A stretch of 64,000 nucleotides of DNA from Octopus vulgaris (taxonomy: Eukaryota): positions 6,572,001-6,636,000 of the forward strand of contig OX597828.1 of NCBI GenBank assembly GCA_951406725.2, given 5' to 3'. The notes below the pieces were generated by a model. The model was not told the DNA's origin. It did no database searches and saw only the letters and a list, made by a program, of their open reading frames with translations. Below are positions 54,819 through 64,000 of this stretch, in pieces. A program made the position numbers and the translations under genes. Each line of letters opens with the position of its first letter. Position 1 is the first letter of the stretch.

Positions 54819-55299
54819 GACACTAAAGTGACTAAAGGCACTAGTCAGTACCAGTATTGCTAGAAATAAGAGTTAAAACAACTCACAGTCACAAGAAGAA
54901 CTTATCTTAATAAATGACAAGGGAGGCAAGCTCCCTCGGCGCCTGGGCATTGCCAGATCATAGTGATTTCGCATTTATATTAATGCTCGTTGTTGACTCT
55001 CACCTAGCGCCTTGGATTAAACTCAAATCTTCTTGTCAGTTTACAAGATTATCGTAGAAATAATACTTTGATTTCCTAAACGGAGAGTTCCCATTTCTAT
55101 TTTGTGCGAAGTGAAATAATTCAATTAAGCCAAAAAAAAAGAAGAAAAGAACGCAATACTGTTAGATAATGTGGAATAATAATGCTTCTCTCGTAATTAT
55201 ATGTGCTGTGTTTAAAGGCTAACAGGCGTTTCTATACGCTTATCTTTAAGGTAGATATGTGTAATCGCATATATATGTACATAGGATATAAACACGAGT

Positions 55300-55520
55300 A
55301 AAGGCGGTGAGTTGGAAGAATTCTTAGCAGGCCGGGCTGAATTCTTAGTGCCGTTTTGTCCCGTCTTTACGTTCTGAGTTCCAATTCCACCGGTATTGAA
55401 TTTACCTTTCATTCTTCCGGGGATAGATAGAATAAGTAACGTCTGAACACTGCAGTCGATGTAGTCGACTTACCTCTTCTTCCGAAAATACTGGCCTTGT
55501 GGCAATATTTGAAACCAATA
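55300..55520 (+). mobile_element. SINE family A, diverged
   Basis: aggcggtgagttggaagaattcttagc…gttctgagttccaattccacc…ctggccttgtggcaatatttgaaacc. Confidence 0.8.
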
Positions 55521-56035
55521 TAAGCATGAGTCTAAACAGGTTCGCATGAGAATGCATACGTCGGCAATGATGCACATGAACAGCCATATATGGAATTTCA
55601 CTTTTATATTGCCCCGTTTATGTATTCCCATGTTCTAATATTACTTTGTTCTTTTAATTCCATTTGCTTCTATCCAAATTTGTGATCATAACACCACAGC
55701 ATACACTAATTATACAAATGGTATGCTTCAAACATATATTTAGGCATTTATGCGGCTCCCCTAATTTATATAATTTTTAATCAATATTAAAATTATTGTT
55801 GAACCATATTGTGATTAAGAACTCTAACGGATTTGCCTTCACATGCATATGTGTACGTTGTTGCTGTTGTGTGAAGGTATGTGTGTTTGTGTGCACCCGT
55901 TCATGACAAGATCTAATGCAAAACTTATAAATAAAAATTATGAACATATAGGAGTAGAAATAAAAATTATACAAATATATGTATATAAAGACATTCAATT
56001 ACACATATACACATATATGTGTATATCTATCTATC

Positions 56036-56077
<42 letters not shown>

Positions 56078-56441
56078 AGCGTGTAGATATCAAGATAGAT
56101 ATGGATATATAGATAGACATAGATATAGACAGATGTATAGATATATGTACATATATACATACACATACATGTATATTATATATATATATATATATGTATA
56201 TGTGTGTATATATACACACACATATATGTTTGTATACATACACTTATACATATGCATGTGTACATATAAAAGCGTACTTATAAACGCCCCTCACACATAC
56301 GCGCGCGCACATACGCATGTATATTTGCATATAGGATTAACGTTTACTTATTTTACATTGAATATCTTATGCACCGCGGTATTTATTTTATAAGTATTTA
56401 AATATCTACGCAAATGTGTGTTCCGCACCACACTAAGTATG

Positions 56442-56501
<60 letters not shown>

Positions 56502-57229
56502 TATACTTATATACATATACATATATATTCGCATAAAATATATTCAGTGAGTTGACCTATATCTAACCCTAACCCGCCTCTCACCAACGTAAAACTAACA
56601 ATAATAGAATTTAAATCAACAATATTTTACTACTAAAAAAGATAATATATTCCATAAACCCCTCACTCTCCTCATGCCAAATAGCAATAACTATTATTTC
56701 TAAAGACTGTAATAACAAATTTGAATATATGTATAATTCCAAATTTATTTATTCATAACTTCAGTAATTAACTACACCTGCTATTAAAACCATTTTAGCG
56801 TAAATTCTGTGCATATTTTCTCACGTAGTAAAAGTTACCCTACAGCCAAAGAATACTCACATAACATCTTTTTCTTCATTCCCGAATCGCTAGTTTGTTC
56901 TTTTTTTGTTTTTTTGTTTTTTATATATTTGGATGATCAGAAGGCGATTACTATATATTTTCCACAGAATGTTTTTCTTTATAGTTAATACTTTATATGC
57001 AGAATATTTTCTATGGAACTTATATAATATTTGAAAAATTTGATGTGCTCATATGTAAGATAAATAACTGAAACTGCTGCCTAGAAATATAAACTCTTAA
57101 TACCATTTCATGGATCGCCTGACGATCGGAAACGAAAAACTTCATGTAGCATTTAACAGAATGTAGCTTTTTGATATATAGGTCTGATTTTGTACGTGCA
57201 TGTACGTACGAAGGCGGACGTGTTTGTGC

Positions 57230-57301
<72 letters not shown>

Positions 57302-57396
57302 ATTTCTAGTTGTTGCTATTTCACTAACATGTAAATTTATATACTTTTAAATTGATACTGCTGTTTCGTATTCATATATATTTAAAATACGAAGAA

Positions 57397-57397
<1 letters not shown>

Positions 57398-57427
<30 letters not shown>

Positions 57428-57600
57428 AAGAAGAAGAAGAAGAAGAAGAAGAAGAAGAAGAAGAAGAAGAAGAAGAAGAAGAAGAAGAAGAAGAAGAAGA
57501 AGACGAAGAAGAAGAAGAAGAAGAAGAAGAAGAAGAAGAAGAAGAAGAAGAAGAAGAAGAAGAAGAAGAAGAAGAAGAAAAGAACAACAACAACAACAAA
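57398..57600. repeat. (GAA)n ~60 units followed by (CAA)n
   Basis: Direct reading; one GAC interruption. Confidence 0.98.
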
Positions 57601-57820
57601 TCCAAGATTCGGACTAGCATTCGGTAGAGCATAGACAAGAGTCACGGATAGAAATTTCTATTTCTCTTTAGTCTTGATCAACAAGTTTCCTAGCGATGGT
57701 GTCTCGATAAAACCACTGGCGTTTACAGAACCTTCCACATGTAGCTGTCTCAAAAAAGTGTAATGTAAAATGAAAACTGTTCAAATAATGGCGTGAATGA
57801 TATGGAATCACATGTCAGGA

Positions 57821-58451
57821 ATGGTTCGAAGAGGCAGACGTCTTTCTGTCGTCTTCCTGAAACTGCCAAAGTAAGTGAAAGAACAAACAGGACGAAAGAA
57901 TTAAACAAGCTGATGATAAAGTGCTGTATCCTGAGCACATCAACGAGGAGGCATTTCAATAACAAAATGTTCCGTGTTTGGAATGAGTTATTTGAATAAA
58001 GCTAGCATGGCAATAAATAACAAAGGATAACTCACCTCAATGGAAATTGAATTAATCAGGAAAGAGATAGAGGGCAGTGGAAATACCATTATCTCTGGTA
58101 AATCAGAATTTAATTCCAACACTTTAGTACAGGGAAAAATCGTCAACAGAACGCGTTACGGACAACGTCGAAAGGAGTAAAATCAGCGAATGGAGAAAAT
58201 TCTAGATGAAATACAAAGCAGAACAGAATAATTCTCCCAACTTTAAAATTCATTCACAGAAATACAGCGAATACTTTACGAATGTCGGAAAGTGTCTAAA
58301 ACCATAACTTAACACTTTGAATACTTTTACAGTAATAAATGCCTGAACGTTATCAGTCATTAGATTCTTTAATTCTTTCGTCCAGTTTGTTCTTTCACTT
58401 ACTTTGGCAGTTTCAGGAAGACGACAGAAAGAAGTCTGCCTCTTCGAATCA
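57821..58451. repeat. ~95-bp inverted repeat pair (57821-57919 / 58350-58451)
   Basis: Both strands give SKRQTSFCRLPETAKVSERTN(R/W)TKEL in the ORF track; the DNA arms are near-identical over ~80 bp. Confidence 0.93.
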
Positions 58452-59290
58452 TCAAATGGACAACGGGAAAATTGGAGTAAATTGACCGGAGAACGAGAAA
58501 ACTGTTGAGAATATACAGAGTACTGCGCCTCCAATCTGACGTTGATGGGATATATCAAGCGGGGCAAAGAGGAAAGAGACATCAAATTGTGGAAGATAGT
58601 ATAAATATAGGCATAAATATTCTCCAAGAATATACATAGTCATGCAGTGAACAGCTATTGTAAACAGTAATGGCAGAATCTATACTCGGCGCCGGAAGGA
58701 GGAAGAAAGAATTACACAAAGAAGCACTAGACAGGCATAAAGAAAAATCCGTGCAAGGAAGTTCAACAGCGACACAATAGGAGATAATAGTCAGATATAT
58801 AATAAATGAGTGTCCGAAATTCGTACGAAAATTCTACAAAAGAATGGAGGCATAATAAATTACAGTTCTACTTCACTGAAAACTTAGCTAAAAATTCAAC
58901 TTCGACTATTCAGAAAGATGCTACGAGCAAGAAGGGGAAAAAAATTGACAAAGTGGAGATATTGTGAGACATGAAGATACAGATTGAAAACACAATCGAA
59001 AATTCTGTCATCGTTCCGACTATTGGAAGTTGTGTTATGTCTCTTTCATACAGAACTAACTGAAGAGAAATGAGATAAGATTGATAGAAAGCAAAACTTT
59101 GGGATTGAGATTGAAAAACTATGGTACTGTAGGAAGATTAAAGTCATTTCTATCATTGTAGAATCATTCAGAATTGTAACCAGCAGACTGGAAGGATGAG
59201 TGAAGAAGATCGCCATTGAGGTCAATACAAAATGTTTGCTTGTTATCTACAATGAGAATCATAAGTTCGTTCTCGAATACTTGAGGCAAG
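57900..59290 (+). pseudogene. Decayed R4/Dong-like non-LTR retrotransposon (RT C-terminus, zinc knuckle, RLE)
   Basis: Ordered relic motifs: KSEFNSNTLVQ; IIKWTTGKLE*IDRRTRKLLRIYRVLRLQSDVDGIY…RGKR (cf. IDRKTRKLL…HPKSDVDRLY…GGRG); YIINECPKFVRKFYK-RHNK; VEIL*DMKIQIE; EIEKLWYCRKIKVISIIV. Confidence 0.88.
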
Positions 59291-59339
59291 AGGAAGTGAC
59301 TTGATTTCCAAGAAAATCCCCCATCTGTATCATCGACGC

Positions 59340-59440
59340 CAATGTTCCACATTTACTTTATTTTAATGACCCCAAAAGGCAAAGTCGACCACGACAAGAT
59401 TAGAACTCAGAATGTAAAAACGGACGAAACGCCGCTAAGC
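59340..59440 (-). mobile_element. SINE family A fragment
   Basis: gaccccaaaaggcaaagtcgaccacg…gaactcagaatgtaaaaacggacgaaacgccgctaagc. Confidence 0.75.
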
Positions 59441-59823
59441 TAATAATAGTAAAACAGCAACAAGCAGAATAACTCAAAAGCTCACTAGCTTGAATCTGGA
59501 TAATCGTGTTAAAGTCGAATATACAAAATAATGTGCAGAGGTAGTTCTTAATTTTTTTTTTTATAATTTCCAGTCTGAGTGGGATGGAGTCAATCATACC
59601 TTAGCGGTAAAGGGAGGCAATGAGAGGGATTTAAGTATAAAATTTCTCGAGTTAACTAAAGCAAGGACAGTGTTGTCTTTGCTACAGGTAACATACAACT
59701 CGTTACGCGATGGTTGTTCTCTTACAAGGTGAGTCTGTATTTTTCTGAAGAAGGTGTAACAGAAACCGAAATATATTGTGTCACACGACACTCTGAACAC
59801 TATCGTTCAATTTTGTACATACG

Positions 59824-59854
<31 letters not shown>

Positions 59855-59904
59855 AAATGTATATGTATATAGTGTGTGTGTATACACACATATATATGCA
59901 TGTT

Positions 59905-60133
59905 AGGCGGCGAGCTGGCAGAAACGTTAGCACGCCGGATGAAATCCGTAGCCGTGTTTCGTCTGCCGTTACGTTCTGAGTTCAAATTCCGCCGAGGTCG
60001 ACTTTGCCTTTCATCCTTTCGGGGTCGATAAATTAAGTACCAGTTACGCACTGGGGTCGATGTAATCGACTTAATTCGTTTGTCTGTCCTTGTTTGTCCC
60101 CTCTGTGTTTAGCCCCTTGTGGGTAGTAAAGAA
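59905..60133 (+). mobile_element. SINE family A, full-length, 15-bp TSD
   Basis: Near-identical to 3115-3345; TSD atatatatgcatgtt at 59890-59904 and 60134-60148. Confidence 0.95.
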
Positions 60134-61134
60134 ATATATATGCATGTTTGTGTTTATACATACATACATACATATAATACGTAAGTGCGTTGTATGTGTT
60201 TGAGTGCGTACGATTAATAAAAAAAATGATGTAGCAACTGAATGCATGCCATTCTCCTCCTCACTCTTTCTGTTTTCCTCTTCACCTTATCTCTCACTCT
60301 GTCTGTCTGCCTCTTTCTTTGTCTCTCTCTCTCTATCTATCTATCTATCTCTGTCACATACACACATGCTTTCTTCCACTCACTAAGGAGCAATGGTGAA
60401 CACCTTGCCTTGTTTTACAGGAGTTTACACGTTTATCATGTGTGTTTAGTCCAGAGTGTAATTTACGTGAAATGCAATGAACAACGGCTACTACATTGTT
60501 TCTGTAGCATATCAGTACATTTGTTGATGAGACGTATTAATTAACTGAATAACCTGAATAACTTACAAACTGTGCTTCTGGATACATTGTAAATAAAGTT
60601 ATATACATGAGTTTAATAAACATACATGTAGCCTCACTGTATCAATAGACATTTGCAATTAGACTTGTCTATTTGCAGACCGTTGGTAAATCTATGTTTA
60701 GTAAACATACGGCTATAAATTTAATTATAACTTATCCACAAACACGCTCGCTCATTACTTTATTTAGATTTGTATGCGTATGTGTATATTGACTTCTAAT
60801 TATTGTATTTATTTTTGTGTAAACATAGAGAAGCATATGCATAATTATTGATGCACACGTGTAAGTTCGTGTCTTGATATTAACATACAGAGTGACCCTG
60901 CACTAAGTTTATTCATAGCCGCAGAATTGCGCATAAAATAAACACAAACACACTGTCACACAGAATAACACTTACCTATATACACACACGTTTGTATATG
61001 TGTGTATATGTGAAAAAATAAAACTGTTTTATGATATGTCTTCAAACCGAATGTCAACTGTCTGTTCCCTAGATGACAGCAAATAATGTGTTGTGGAAAA
61101 CATAGGGGGATATTCTATTCACATCCATTCAAAT

Positions 61135-61233
61135 CAGGTTTGGGCAACCTTTATCGAGAAGTGGGTCACATGAAACATATTTCTTCAGGTGAACCATCCA
61201 GAAAATCATGCGGGCTGCATTTGCCCATGACTG
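61135..61233. mobile_element. ~99-bp hAT-like mini-MITE
   Basis: caggtttgggcaac / tttgcccatgactg termini; flanks attcaaat/gtttgaat match at 5/8. Confidence 0.5.
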
Positions 61234-61639
61234 GTTTGAATAGTCAAAGTATTCTGGAAAAACAAAAAGTATCAGTTCGCTAAAACAACAAAATTCTGAT
61301 GGGAAGAACATAACCAATAACTGAATTAAAGAAGATGTATCCTTAATGATTAGATTTTGAAGAGGATGTCCGATAATTAAATAATCAAATAATGTACGTA
61401 TTTATAGTGTGAAAACAAGATTATATAACGGTAATAATAATTTAACTTTGAATCGATCTAGTGTAAGATAAAGAACAATTTGGCCATTCCTAATATTTCT
61501 GCTCATGAACACACTATACATCACCAGATTCCCGAAGAATTTGAACTCCAATGTGATCGTGCACAGCTCCAGTAAACTGGTTTATTGTTTACTCTTCTTT
61601 GGCCATATCTGTGTCGTTAACTGACTTAATAAATTCTTT

Positions 61640-61887
61640 AATGTTCCTCCTTGAGTCATACAGACTGATAGGGCCGGTTTCCTGGTTTTCATGGCGTATA
61701 TGTTCCCCACCTGGACGGTAAGCTGGTCCGTTGCAGGATTACTCCTTTTTGCCAGACGAGTGGAATTGAGCGACGTGAAATGAAGTATTTTACTCAAGAA
61801 CACAACGCCTCACCCGGCTCAGGAATTGAAACCACAATCTTATGATCATGAGTGCAACACCCCAACCACTAAGCCACGCGCCTCCAC
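61640..61887 (-). mobile_element. SINE family C
   Basis: Minus-strand head ggaggcgcgtggcttagtggttggggtgttgcactcatgatc; core tgtgttcttgagtaaaatacttcatttcacgtcgctc; 3' module cgtccaggtggggaacatatacgccatgaaaaccagg. Confidence 0.9.
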
Positions 61888-62378
61888 TAAATAACTTAAT
61901 TCCGCCCAAATTATTTCGACTGCCTCAATCAGGCGTGAAGATAACTTTGTTCTCTGTACTTCACGCCACGGTTATTATTTGATGTTATCTATGGGTCCAT
62001 AGATTATCCAAATATTATGAACCGATCACTCTCGTGGGTTAACTGCATTTATACACATCTATATTCAATCTACGATGCTTTATATTTAATTTTTTATAAC
62101 CAAAGGAAAACATACTCTCGCTCAGGTATATATCTATGCGAAATGTACACAAACACACACATGTTCATAGGCAGGCACATATTCAGACGTATACAACCAT
62201 ACAGATCCATATTATTAAGCATACAGCTAGATATAGTCTATGTGTGTGTTTGTGAGTGGGTGTGTATGCTTTGTACAAAGTTGTGTGTGTGTATTTTTCT
62301 GTGTCATAATTCCACAATTCATCTATTAAAATATAAAAAATTTTGTAAAGTATTCCAGGACCCAGTAAGAGAAGAAGA

Positions 62379-62466
62379 ATAGATAAAACAATCTAAGCCA
62401 TACTTGTGGAGTACTTTTATAAAGAAAAAAATACTCAGCTCTTATGGATTAGATTGTGTTATCTAT
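62379..62466. other. 88-nt hairpin at the 3' end of the Penelope-like ORF
   Basis: atagataaaacaatctaagccata pairs with tatggattagattgtgttatctat (22/24); inner gagta/tactc pair. Confidence 0.8.
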
Positions 62467-63150
62467 CCTTTCTATGTATTAGTGCCTGTGATGTTTCATT
62501 TATGAGGACGCACTTCTGTATTTTCCTGGGTGTTGGGTCCTTCGGGTGCTTCGATAAAATGCGGATGTCAAGTCGACACAGTGTACCTCCGTGTTGGTCT
62601 TTGGCACGTTAGTAGAGTATGGAGGACTGCTTTTAACGTCATATTGTTTCAAAAGTCCTTTAGTCTCTACACAATGCTTCTAGATGTCCCATCAATGTAT
62701 GCCATATTCTTGTTTTTACAAACACCCTCTATGCACCTTATGCTGTAGACTACATTTCTAGTCCTATATTTAATGCCAGGGTTAATCTTATATACCATGT
62801 AGTTATCATTGGTGCATGTGGTATTCTCAAATTGGTACGTCCAACATAATTGAGATCTGATGGAGCTCCCTGGCTTTTCAACGATCTTCATGTTGAGTTT
62901 GGCCTCCTTCAGAGTTTTTCTAAATCCTCGGATCTCTACAAACATTACTCCTTGATATTTGTCGGCCTTGTACCATGTGATCACCCTGTTTGCTTTATCA
63001 CAAACTCTCTGTATCCTATTCCAGTGTTTACTTTTATATCTAGGGCAGGCACCACTGGTTTCATTACATATAATGCTACTTAACTTCTTTCTGGCTCCTC
63101 TGTATACCCGAACCATATCATTCTGGTCATATCCAGACACTGTTCTGCTG
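62459..63150 (-). pseudogene. Penelope-like element C-terminal relic (RT thumb/linker plus GIY-YIG endonuclease), Neptune-like
   Basis: ORF 62667-63140: SGY…KIVEKPGSSIRSQL…F…C…NVVYSIRCIEGVC…AYIDGTSRS (VVY…YIG-TSRS); continues after frameshifts QHGG…IRILSKHPKDPTPRKIQKCVLINE…LIHRKDR* (cf. DP-x-x-RQI-x-EAV-x-I…LN-x-K-x-EW). Confidence 0.88.
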
Positions 63151-63153
63151 TCT

Positions 63154-63510
63154 AAAAATCAGAGTAGCTACCCAACAGCTCTATTTCATTAAAACATACA
63201 TTCTTCAAGGCTATACACAAATCTGTTAATTCGACTTTCAAGTAGTTAGAACTCACAGAACATCAAGCAAGAAAATTAAAACACACGATGTTACAAAACA
63301 TCAAAAAGAAAATATACGCAGAAATCAACCAGTACCAGAAACGAAGGCGGGCCCTTCAGCATGAATTGAAAAATACCACTAAACCATACGAAAGTAACAG
63401 ATTCATGACACACGTCTAAAAAGAGTGCTCCCGAATGAACCATGTCAGCAACAAAAACTTTCACAACGAACTGAAGTGGATAAAACAGCAACCACAACGT
63501 TCTCACAAAC
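63154..63510 (+). pseudogene. Possible N-terminal relic of a Penelope-like ORF, inverted relative to the adjacent GIY-YIG part
   Basis: KIRVATQQLYFIKTYILQGYT…ARKLKHTMLQNIKKKIYAEINQYQKRRRALQHELK…KNFHNELKWIK: basic helical pattern resembling PLE N-termini; begins right at the junction. Confidence 0.45.
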
Positions 63511-63576
63511 AATTTCGACAGGATCATTATGTTGAAATGTGGCTACCAGAGGACTTCAGAGTCAGAACACAGAAAA

Positions 63577-64000
63577 ACAACACCACCAACAACAACAACA
63601 ATTATACCTCTGGAACATAACGGTGCAGTGCAGCTAGATACGGATAAAGATAAATGCCTTAGAGCTACCACGGAAATTTGCTGCATATAAGAAGTTCAGA
63701 AAATTGATTGTCTGAGATTGAAAAACGTTCTAAATAATAAGATGGAGGTTAGGACAATACAAAAACAACAACAACAGCACAAACATACGAAACCAAAATA
63801 ACAACAACAATAGCGATAACAACGTTAACGTTAATGACAACAATAGTGACAATAAAAATAACAACAATGATAACAAAAACATCCCCCACAAACAATTAAA
63901 ATAACAACAGCAACACAAACATGTGAAACCAAAACAACAGCAATTATAATAACTATAACAACAACAATAGCGATGATAATAACATCAACAACAATAACCG
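63577..64000. repeat. Imperfect (AAC)n/(AAT)n region
   Basis: Direct reading, mainly 63577-63601 and 63755-64000. Confidence 0.9.

Overview
AT-rich, microsatellite-saturated eukaryotic non-coding DNA, most likely intron or intergenic sequence of a coleoid cephalopod such as Octopus (inferred from the SINE families and repeat landscape). I could not support any intact host gene; nearly all ORFs in the track are translations of (TA)n/(CA)n/(GAA)n/(GATA)n repeats. The window holds about 30 copies of four tRNA-headed SINE families and three decayed mariner (DD34D) transposase relics. It also holds R4/Dong-type RLE non-LTR retrotransposon relics, a Penelope-like (GIY-YIG) relic with an inverted junction, and several MITEs. 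The most notable signal is a set of short elements, most of them ending in (TA)n microsatellites, that carry minimal type-I hammerhead ribozyme folds (CUGANGA-stem II-GAAA-palindromic stem III-UH-stem I). These fall into at least three unrelated sequence families, one with a 96-nt hairpin stem II. They look like Penelope pLTR or retrozyme-like RNAs. A SINE flanked by a ~170-bp direct duplication is also present. All calls were made by eye; coordinates of decayed elements are approximate.
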